From Bigelowiella natans CCMP2755 (lineage: Eukaryota > Protista > Cercozoa): 64,000 nt of DNA. The DNA lies in NCBI GenBank assembly GCA_000320545.1, contig ADNK01003027.1, positions 1-64,000 on the forward strand. Direction: 5' to 3'. Both the position numbers and the translations under genes were made by a program. Positions within the stretch are counted from its first letter, which is position 1. The number at the start of each line of letters is the position of its first letter. Below, piece by piece: positions 53,668 to 64,000 of the stretch. Under the pieces are notes generated by a model. It was not told where the DNA came from. It did no database searches and was given only the letters and a program-made list of their open reading frames with translations.

Positions 53668-56505
53668 TGAGTATGTACGTCGTGCGCGTGCGTGTATGTA
53701 TCTAAGTATAGTATCGACGAGATCCAAACGCATGTACAGTCATTGTTCGGCATTTTATCTCTTCAATTACCTATAATTTATCTTTTTCACTTATTTTAAA
53801 ATACGTGTATCGAGGGTATTTTAGAAAGAATAGTAGCTGCAGCTATAGAAATGTGAAGGACAACTAACCAACCAAATACCTGTTTTTCCATGTAGTATGA
53901 ATAAAAACAATTTCATCGATTTTGCTGATTTTTACATATATCCTGTTCTCCCCTCTCTATTTGTTTTCCCGTCAAGATTTATCTTTAAAGATAAGCATAT
54001 TGAGAGAGAAGGAGGAGAGGAAGGAGCTTGTCCTCTAAATAGTGATTCTAAAATGATTTTTGGTTGCCATCAGTACCAAATGTCGACGCTACCTGATGAA
54101 TGCTTCTCAATGGAAGTTCTGTTATCTTCTTAACAGGTAGCAATCCATCAATATTGTTTTCTTGTGTCTTCTTGTATAAGTATTATTATTGTTTGTGCTC
54201 TTCTTTTCTGGGACCTTAAAGAGTGAGAAAAAGGCCTTCATCATCTCGTCTACAAGGCGGAAAGATATCATCATCATATGGTATTTGTGTCCGGCAACGA
54301 TGATGATCACGACGACGATAATGATGATGTTGATAATTTTAATAATGATGATGACGATGCGAGCCAAAATCAATCTCGTCTTCTGTTATGCAGAAAGTAG
54401 TGAGGCAGCTCATAAACAACGACTTTGGCTGCGTGATCTCTCTAGGTGATAGGTTTATGCCTGATAGCTCTCTGTCTATACCAATGGTGCTCGCATCGTT
54501 AATACTGTCAGCTTCGATTTGTAAAAAATGACCATTAGACATGCATCATTTCGCAAATCAAGGATCTTTACAATTTATGTGCATAATTCTGTTCAGATTA
54601 TTGCACACCAACTTTTTCACATGTACTTACTCTCTCTCTCTCTCTTCTCCCCTTCCTCTAATATGCAACAATCATGGATGATCATGGCAATTTACTAGAA
54701 ACTACATTCGATTGTGTCATCGGTTTTGGAGGAATCTTTGTGTTGCCTATCTTGGAGCACACGAACCCGAAAATACTACCGCACACATCGATTTGGTATC
54801 AGCTTTTGATGTCAATACAACACACATATACGCACATATACGATAACATATACCGAGCAGGTTCCTCCACTAGGTGCACTAAATGGCGAGACTGTGAATA
54901 TCGCCCACAAAGAAGTGCTCTTTATAGCACAACTACATCAGGTGCTAATGAATAATGGAATTATAGCCCACCTCGCCCATCTCTACTCTGTAGCACCACC
55001 TCGCCCATCTCTACTCTGTAGCAGCTCAAAAAGAAACAATATAAAGTCGCATTACTATTTTCTACTACAGCTACTACTATTACTCTTGTACAGTGTTGCC
55101 TCCACCATTAATGTATTTATCTATCATCAACACATTCAGGCAAGTATACCGTGTGCCGTAGGACTAGCCCTGACAATTCGAAGTGACGCAGTCTCTTGGT
55201 TTCATGTAATATTAATTAATAACTAATGTAGTAGAAGCAACAAGAGCTACCATTATGAGTGAATATTATATTCCTTTATCGAATTTTCAACACTCTAATT
55301 TATTTACTCAATTAACGATCTTTATCTTTTGTTTTTCGTAGGGACCAGGACTCTCTTTACTTGGATTTGTGGCGAAGAATCAAGAGTAATTCATATTGTT
55401 TTGTAACAAAGAAGAAGAAGGAAACACACACTAGTACGATAGTCACACATGTTCTGAGATTTTGTATATGAAGTCGTTCTGTTGAAAAACCATGATGAAA
55501 ATAAATGCTTCGTTGTTATCATTATTGTCGTCGTTAGAGTGCAAATTCTCCGTCAGCAGCGCCTGGAGCGACATTTGAGAAAGAAGACGCAGCAGCGTGG
55601 GAAGGAGGGCATTAGAACTCATGAAAATGAAGTTGGTGATGACGATGATGATTTAAATGATGCTGCTTCTGATGATAATAGCAGTAGTAGCAGCAGGAGC
55701 AGCAATGCTGAGAACGACGATGAGGACATTTTGATATTCGGCGATGCAAGATTAGGATTGTTATGTCCCGAAAACCTTCATCGGTGGGTTAGGAGATATT
55801 CTGCATCACTATTACTAATTGATGCAAGGACAGAAATGCATTTTGTGGGATGATGATAAAAGAACAATTTAGAATAGATCGTGTGGATTCTATCCTCGAT
55901 ACTTTCGCATCCCCCTCCCCCTTATGATATGTGTGTTACCGTTTTGTTTTCTTTTATTTCTACAGATTGATCTACTCGTCTAAGATTCTCAGGGTGATTA
56001 TTTCTCAATGCATACTCCTACGCTGTAAATTCTATTATGGTGTTGGTGATAATCATCATCTCTGTGTGCGTACGAGCGTGCATGCATGCTTCTGCTATAA
56101 TTCTATAAAAATGCGAAATATTTACTGTTTGTTCTTTTGGCGAACTTGAGATGGAAATCTCGGATTAGAGAGTGTAATATTCAACAATCTTGATTGTTCA
56201 AGAGAGAGCAGGGACAAAAATAAAACAAAGTTAGATAGCAGCGACATCAATAAAATTATTCACGATATATTCACGATATATATATCGTCAAATCCTTCGT
56301 TTGTCAAGGCATTCTACAGTGCTTATGTGCGATTAAACACGATGAGTAGCTCCTCGACGTGAGACAATAATATGAAAAAAAAAATCTGCCTTTCTTATTG
56401 ATGTTATTCTTGCGTTACATACTAGCTTTGCTCTTAAATCTTCGAATTTAACTAAAACTATTCTCTATTTTTCTATTTTCATCTCTTGGTTCCCTTTCCT
56501 CTCTT

Positions 56506-56548
<43 letters not shown>

Positions 56549-57243
56549 ATTCGGAACTTTATTTCTTCCGTCACTCCTGGAGGCAATTTCAATTTAAATA
56601 CACTATTTCTGTGATTACAGAGGAGCGTTACCATTATCTTCATTTGCTCCAAGATCTGCTGCGAATAAAATAGATTGGAAGGGAAAGTCTACAGAATGGA
56701 AATTCCTGGGTACAATATAATAAAAAATGGGACATATGATAAATAATGGGATTTCTCAGTATACTCCCTCATAATAATTTTACATTGTACCCTCGTCCAT
56801 ACATCATGCAGCTACACCATGGATAAAGCATTCCATCGATTCATATTTCTCAGACAAAAGAGAAAGGGCTGTTGTTGTTTATGCAGCAAGGAGAGCAAGG
56901 GGGTACATATCTATTTTTTTATTTACATCATGACAGTGTGCTGCTGTTACTGATGATGATAATAAAAATGATAACTTTGTGAGTAATATATTGATGAGAT
57001 ATGGTACTGTGTATTGTGGCGTTGTTCTCATTTTATGCTGCCTTGCTTCTGTATTTTGTGTTGATAAATAATATCATGATAGATGGCTTGGAATAGCGTC
57101 AGCCTATGAAGAGACGGAACAATATCAGCAAGGTACTCGTGTATGTGTAAAAGTATACCTGCATATACTGATATTCATTAAGAAAAATTTACATATACAA
57201 ATATATAAAAGTATATGTGTGTAAAAAATACATAATTGAATGT

Positions 57244-57287
<44 letters not shown>

Positions 57288-57405
57288 ATATGTGTCTCCA
57301 TATGTGTGCATCTATTTTATAAATATTCTATTCATGTGCATGTACACATGGATGTGGTTGTGTGTGTATGTATGTTTATGTATGTGTATGTATATATTAC
57401 CTGAA

Positions 57406-57464
<59 letters not shown>

Positions 57465-57482
57465 TTATGTGTGTGTGTGTGC

Positions 57483-57525
<43 letters not shown>

Positions 57526-58237
57526 CATTCGAAATATGCCTTTTCTAGGGTGTTCATGATGTGATGATACGTGACAATCAAAGAAACAGTTGTGCCAACA
57601 GAGTAAACTTCTTGGATGTATATTTGAAATCAGGATTTGAGAGCTTTTCTGCAGCCTTTGGAAATCTGAAGATTAATCTAGAGTCAGTAAAAGCTCGGCC
57701 ATCAACTTTATCAATATGATTTGATATCTGTATTAGATGCATTGAAATTTGAGTTATTTTTCTACTAAGAAGTTAAAATTCTTCTTCTGTTCTTAACCTA
57801 AATTATGTCTCTCCACTGGTTAGCTTGGCTGCAGTTCCAAAACAAAATGCGTACATGGATTATGCGGCATGGCATCTAAAGTATGATGAACACCGAATTT
57901 TTTTTGCTTTACATATTTAATAGTAATTTCTAGGATTTATATTAAATTTTCCAGCGTATGTGGATATAGTATTTTTTGGGGCACTATCTTGATGCTAACT
58001 CGTTAGTTAATGCTTGATTCTATTCAAACAAGTGTAAAAAATTTTTATATCATACATTTTTACAAGTCAGCAATAACCATAACCTTAATTTGATTAATAG
58101 TTGATTTACACGATAGGACCTAGAATCTAACTTAGAATTAATTTTATTGCTGTCAGATGTATAGTTGGATTATGTAAATCGGCGGCACGTACGAAAGGAA
58201 TACATCTTTCTATTAAGTTCGTTTATGTGTGTGTGTG

Positions 58238-58282
<45 letters not shown>

Positions 58283-59466
58283 ATGTCGATCATATAATAT
58301 ACGCGTCAACAATATCTCTGGGAGGGCATTGGAATTTAGTATCTGTTAGATAGAGTATATAACAATATTCAAAAAGTTATCAGCATCGATTGTGATGATT
58401 AACAATGACACGATATACCAGATATCTTGAAAAGGCTGTTAAACTGATTGCTCCACTTGCAAGGTGCTCTTGTTGAGCATTTACTCACTATATTCGTGAT
58501 TTCAAAAGAAAAGAGACTCCGAATATCGAAACATTACAAAAATTACAATAATAATATTTCTGTAATGTATCTTTTGGAAACATCAAATTCCATTGCAACG
58601 ATACTAATAATAAAATCGTTTCTTTTATATTTGTCGTCATCGAGGTAGCTCTTTGTCGTCACTACGAATCAACATAATTATCTTTGCAATTTTGGGTTGG
58701 TGTTTTCTTTTCCTGTTCTGATGCACAGGGCTAACCCAATAGCTACGAATAAATTTTCGCTTCTCCCTTCGTCCAGAATACTCACCAATCAAAATCGAAG
58801 AAAGGAGAGGTAGAAGATAATACAGTAAACAATAATGGTAGGATTTGACACAAAGGGCGATGATATCTGAAATCTTTCTGATTAAAGACAGGAAAGATCT
58901 CTCTCACTTTGGATCGGCTTAGCAAGACTAAAGACATTATCGATCGAGCTTCACACTAAGGTTTGATTTTATTGAAGATTAAAAGAAATTTAATGATGAT
59001 GAGATCATGATGGCATAGATGGGAGCATTTCAAAACGCGATTGATGACCGGGAGGAGGTACGTAACATGAAGTAATAGTGATGCTTATATGTATTTATGG
59101 AATGTGTTATATGATAACGGTGCAAGATTAAGAAATATATTTATGATGAGCAATGAGTTATGAGGTAAAAACGGAGCTTCTCATCCATAATTATATCTCA
59201 TCGCAAAGTGATATAATTTTTAGTATGATCACAGATGCACATTATTATCAGTTCTCATTGAAATTAGAATAGTCAAATATCTTCCGCTATGCTATGCACA
59301 CGTGTGTTTTCTTTTTTTATATTTGGTGCTCACGAATGTATCTAGGTGGGGAAAATATGCAGATTAATAGGAAATTCTGTCTCCACGAGGTTTCATAGCC
59401 ACCAAGTGCAAAATTATACAGAAAATTATATTTTACTGACTTTTCTACTTTATTCTGTCCTCCCTT

Positions 59467-59561
<95 letters not shown>

Positions 59562-60262
59562 AATAATAAAGAGAGATATATATATATATGTGTGTGTGTG
59601 TATGTGTGTGTGTTTTTCTTTTTTTTTTCAGTATTCTCTGTGAGGCAGAGCTTTCTATCGGCGATACATATCTTCGGCTAGGCATGTGGTAATTTACTAA
59701 CGAGCTGACTCTATCTGTACACAATCACAATTATTTTAACATGTCATCCTCTTTCGAAAACAAACACCAAATATTCCATTTTCTAGGGAAGACGCTCGTT
59801 TAGCTTTCAGCGTTGTCTACAACAACAGGTGTCTTCTTCTTTGCCCTCTTTGTTACAATTTTTGTTTCATAAGACGAGGGAAAATCGATAAAAGCTTTGA
59901 AAAGATTATCGGAGTGACTTCATTTTTTAATTCTCCCCACATTTCAAAAGTCGGTTTTGTTACAAGCAAGAAAGAATGTCATATTACGACTACTTCCATT
60001 ACTAATTTTCCGTGCAGCTTTCGAGCGGCAATCGGAGATCGACCTTTAAGTATCACCAACCGATGGAGAGCAAGAGCACTCTCTGGAAGAGCAGACGCGA
60101 ACATGAAAAGTGGTGCCTTCTACGAACAAAATCGAGATGTACAGGTATGATCCACCATAAATGTGTTAAATACGAAGCTCGTCGAATCCTGTTCTTTGCT
60201 CATAGGAGCTAAAAGTATTGCTGACTCAGTCGGATGAGCCATTGTTGCGTCAGGTTTTTTAA
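41578..60262 (+). CDS. NLR-like STAND NTPase: helical N-terminal region - NB-ARC (AfsR/AP-ATPase-like) - winged helix - TPR-like repeats; more than 35 exons
   Basis: Walker A VLLVVGARGVGKS (47932-47970); Walker B VIVLDDV and sensor-1 VLIITTR (exon 49109-49349); LASHTGG (~50335-50353); winged helix CFGYVFARLPRIARGVFR|GLFVFGGPFSASMVCELL (52915-53151); LGALNGETVNIAH (~54870-54910); TPR-like ARRARG|WLGIASAYEETEQYQQ (56880-57131) and RARALSGRADANMK (60065-60110). Not all junctions were resolved, so the 5' end and the single-gene model are less sure than the NB-ARC call. Confidence 0.72.
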
Positions 60263-60399
60263 TGATAAATGAATATATTCTTTGACGAACTCATTCTTAC
60301 GATTACGGAACCTTGTAACACACATGTAGGAAATACTTCATTCTCGAGGGAAAAGCGTAAACGCCGCAGTTGAGAAAATGAGATGATAATGCTTGCACA

Positions 60400-61200
60400 T
60401 CCTTGTAATCACGGGAACACATTTTAACGTGATACAAAAGCATGTGTCATGCATGCTTGGAGCCTGTCAAAGCGGTGGAAACAGATTCTCAGTATTTTTG
60501 ATCCGCATGTTCCTTAATTTTACGCAGAGGCAAATCAGATAGCTCATCTATCATGAACGTGCCGAAATGTACGCTGCTGGTTTCGGAATAACTTTATTAC
60601 ATTAAAATTTGCATCTTTACGCATCATGAGACAATTATATTTGCAATGTTAATTTGAACCAGTGGTCGATTGCAACAATATGTGTACTACTCGATTAACA
60701 ACGCTACCTGCGAGCATTCACATGGATGCAGCATCTTTTGCAGCGCATGCAATGCTGCACATGTAATGGCTAGCTTGCAGACCTAGCGTACACGCGCACA
60801 TTTGTGGCGACATGCTCCTGATTAATAAGACGTGCATGCGTGGACATACACACACTCAAAGTCACATATACAACATGTTTTTGTGTGTACGTGTTTTGAC
60901 AAACTACACACTTGCATTCTTGCATAATGACATCGCATGCACATTGCAATGCGACTATTTTTACGCATGTATTTACTAATAATAACGAATCAGAAGCTAC
61001 ATTATGCCGCAAGCATGTGAGCAGAAAGTCGTACACAACAAGATCATGTAACTTCAATATCTCCTAACTACTTGTTCATGTGCCTTGTCTGAATTACCAA
61101 TAGGGATAATGCGACTTTATATTTTGGGTTCGATGAGCACACAGCTAGACAGTGTTGCCAGTTTTTATTTACAAGTAATTTGCTTCCATTCAAACAAGAG
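60400..61200. mobile_element. Island 5, partially TpA-converted degenerate repeat region
   Basis: CATG/TGCA/GCATGC enrichment peaking at 60710-61090, but many unconverted TAs remain. Confidence 0.45.
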
Positions 61201-61263
61201 CAGTAATGCTTTTAATTTTCTACCAATTCTCAGGATGAAACTAACTTAATGGAATTATCTGTT

Positions 61264-62510
61264 TTATTTGACCGTCAGATCCATTACGTTACATGCGGGG
61301 AGGACTCTACACAACCAAACGAAATATATTCCAAGAGGGTTCCAATGACCTAATATAAGTGATGGAGAAAGGTTACGCACAGTCTAGATAGACTCCCTCC
61401 ATTTTCATAATATTTTTAATGCTATTAGAAATTTTTTCATTAATAACCATATAAATTTATTTATTTATTTATTTATATTTAGTGACCTCTTGAGGCATCT
61501 TCTGTATTGTATTTTCTATTTATTTATATTTAGTGACCTCTTGAGGCATCTTCTGTATTGTATTTTCTATCTATTTATATTTAGTGACCTCTTGAGGCAT
61601 CTTCTGTATTGTATTTTCTATCATTTGTTGAATTATAGCCACTATTCGCTCAGGTACATGAAATTCCTAACCCGCATTAGCCAAATATACAGCGAAAGTC
61701 ACAGAAAGATTATAAAATATCGCAACAGTGATTAGTTTTTGAGACTCGATATACAATACAGTCAACGATTCCTAAACTTGTCGTAATTTTCTTCTACCCT
61801 TCTGACGCATCCTTTGGGATATCGAAATTTTATGTAGGAAGACGTCGATGTTCGCACGCAGTACAGAGCCCTACATTCATTAAGAACGATTTAGAAAATC
61901 ATATGTCTTTATTTCAATGGCTGTGGCAGCATCGTTTAAGTGAAGTATTTAAGAAGTAACCTGCAGCATTGGTATCGTCGTCCATAGACAACCTTTCGTC
62001 CTGTTCGCCGCAGAAACTGCCACTGTGGACAAACGGCGGCAACCAAACATAAAAAATGTAGGAAGCAGGCAAACAAATTCATTTCATCTGACATATATAT
62101 ATAGAAGTCGTGCCGTCCCCTCCGTAGGACTACTACTAGAGTAGAAAATGGCCTGTAGCCTTCTTAGTAGTAACCTTGTTGAGCTGGAGTGGATGGTGTT
62201 GACACTCCTTTACTACGTTTCCTGCCATCCAATCTTTAACTTCTGTCGATGGAAATAGGAATTCATTTTAGCAATTTGTATCAAACGTCCTAATTTTACG
62301 TTGGTTAGCTGCGGTACCTAAACAATATCCACAAAAAGCACATTTTTCAAGTTCTAGCGGAGAAAGAGTCTGTATCCGAGAGCATTTATCTAATCCCTTT
62401 GGCAAACCTATTTTCGATTTTGGTTCAGAGAAATTAAAAGCACCAGAAGAAAACGAACACCTTTTTCCGACTCCTGGGAAGAATCGTGCTGTTGTTTTAT
62501 TGCATAGCAT
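61264..62510 (-). CDS. Possible small spliced hypothetical gene
   Basis: GT-AG-bounded open segments on the minus strand (~61264-61306, 61798-61870, 61961-62022, 62150-62243, 62460-62510); no recognisable domain. Confidence 0.25.
61467..61621. repeat. 51-bp minisatellite, 3 copies
   Basis: AGTGACCTCTTGAGGCATC recurs at 61481, 61532 and 61583. Confidence 0.95.
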
Positions 62511-62769
62511 TGATATGGCGGCTCGTTGAATGGTTGATTCTGCATCTGCTGGTGTAATTTGAAGCCGATGGAATCAAAAAAGGAAGCGGGTGTTTGGACA
62601 AGTTATTTCCTCTTTATTATTCTTTTTCTTCCTCCTCTTCCTCTTCTTCCTCCTTCTGTTCCCCCTCTACGAGAAGGAAGAAGGAGAATGAAAAAAAGGA
62701 GGACAGAAAAAGGAAGAGAAGGGAGGAGATCTGGAAAGTACTGTATGCACAAAAAGAAAGAGAAAAGTC

Positions 62770-63110
62770 AACATCGCACTTCTTTCGGGTTGTTCTGCTC
62801 CCAGATATGCTCCCAACAAATTAGATCAAGAACATCGCACTTCTTTTTTTCTTTCCTTCTTTCTGTCTTTCTTTCTTTCTTATTGTGAGGGAAGAACATC
62901 GCACTTCTTTCTTTCTTTCCTTCTTGCTTTCTCTTTTTGTGAGGGAAGAACATCGCACTTCTTTCTTTCTTTCTTTCCTTCTTGCTTTCTCTTTTTGTGA
63001 GGGAAGAACATCGCACTTCTTTCTTTCTTTCCTTCTTTCTGTCCTTCTGTCCTTCTTGCTTTCTTTTTGTGAGGGAAGACTCGAAGAACATCGCACTACT
63101 TTCTTTCATC
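62770..63110. repeat. Pyrimidine-rich minisatellite, ~50-70 bp unit, ~6 copies
   Basis: Core (GAGGGAAG)AACATCGCACTTCTTTCTTTC separated by CTTT tracts. Confidence 0.9.
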
Positions 63111-63142
63111 CTTTCTGATCCTGAGGGTGGTGGCCGACTGCG

Positions 63143-64000
63143 ATGGTGACGACAAAGAGAATGTTGCCATCAGGTGAGCTGCTGCATTCTGATCATAACG
63201 AGGTGGCAAGAAAGGTTGCTCCAATATTCTCCCTGAGCCTCTCCGCTATTTTGGTATTTTCAGAAAAGGTGATTGATCTGACGCATGATGCCTCCTCTTC
63301 CCAAGTCGCCACCTCTGGAAAGGAAGTGAATCGGATGGGCGTGGTGACTACAGGGGACCTGTCACCAGGTTGTCACTGCTGTTACTCTCTTATCGTAATG
63401 ATTGGCAAATGAAGAATCACTCCGACGCTTCTTCCTTCTGCTCCCCCAACCTTACATTTTCAGGAGATGTAATTGACCTAACGAATGAAGTCTCCTCCTC
63501 CTCTTCCACCACCACCTCCTCATCATCATCCAATTCCACCGCCTCTCAAAGGGAAGCAGTTCATCAGTTAAGCAAAAAGTCAAAAGTATTTGGCCAGATA
63601 CCTAAAAAAATGATGATTAAGGTGGGATACCAATTGAATAATGTATGACTATTGCTCATGGCCCTTTTATGATGTGGATCTTTGTTCAGTTTTCTAAACA
63701 GTATTCAATGAAAATTCCGGCAATTTCACAATCAGGCATCGAAAAGACCGAAGTCGCATCTAACTCTTCCGAGCAGCGAGAGCATTAAGAATTCTTCCAA
63801 ATTAGATGAAAATAATTTCAGGGAGATGAATATGGTAAAAAAAAGAATTATGAGAAAACAGCAACGTTTGTGGCCAAATTGTCCAATTGAATTATATGAC
63901 ACTGGGGACCTGCAACTTGGCCATGGAATCAGAAGTAAGGGGAAAATTGATCCAGGAACATTCGTGGCGAGCTACCCATCAATCGTGAAGAAATGTTATT
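63143..64000 (+). CDS. SET-domain protein with two N-terminal SUMO-interacting motifs (truncated by window end)
   Basis: In-phase exons 63143-63173, 63264-63368 (EKVIDLTHD), 63464-63622 (GDVIDLTNE) and 63736-end, giving IELYDTGDLQLGHGIRSKGKIDPGTFVASYP, which resembles the SET N-terminal strands (GxGVR...I..GTFV.EY). Confidence 0.75.

Noticed and set aside
54968-55023. 28-bp tandem duplication as a functional element
   Set aside because: A simple two-copy intronic slippage product with no other signal.
1864-55226. Numerous poly-I/L/Y/M/V 'membrane protein' ORFs in the track
   Set aside because: Translations of intronic microsatellites or antisense frames.
54860-55853. C-terminal CHAT/caspase-like domain (PPLGALNGET...CAVGLALTIRSDAV...IFGDARL)
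   Set aside because: No catalytic His/Cys and no room for the first half of the fold; it fits the helical segment after the winged helix of AfsR-type STAND proteins better.
56342-60262. Independent gene starting MSSSST
   Set aside because: In-phase upstream exons connect it to the NB-ARC gene, so it was treated as that gene's TPR region; not fully excluded.

Overview
AT-rich, intron-dense eukaryotic (protist-type) genomic DNA with GT-AG introns packed with microsatellites ((TA)n, (TAG/CTA)n, (CAT/ATG)n, (GAA)n), so most entries in the ORF track are artefacts. Manual exon stitching supports nine spliced genes: a dienelactone-hydrolase-fold protein lacking its catalytic residues (+), a nucleotidyltransferase-glucuronokinase fusion (-), a TPR protein (+), a two-RRM protein (-), a multi-Tudor plus bromodomain reader (-), an arylsulfatase (+), a Bin3/MePCE methyltransferase (-), a ~19 kb NLR-like NB-ARC-TPR STAND NTPase (+) and a SIM-containing SET-domain protein running off the right end (+). 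There is also a tRNA-Asp(GTC), a possible tenth gene at ~61.3-62.5 kb and several minisatellites. The most striking signal is five intergenic islands (~4.6-5.85, 17.0-18.2, 21.05-22.4, 36.45-37.9 and 60.4-61.2 kb) in which TpA is largely or almost totally erased and replaced by TpG/CpA, CpG persists, and most surviving TAs sit in CTA/TAG. Related repeat copies inside the window show the same ancestral TA resolved as TG in one copy and CA in another. This points to a repeat-targeted, context-specific A:T->G:C hypermutation process, the mirror image of fungal RIP. Exon boundaries were read by eye and several 5' ends are approximate.
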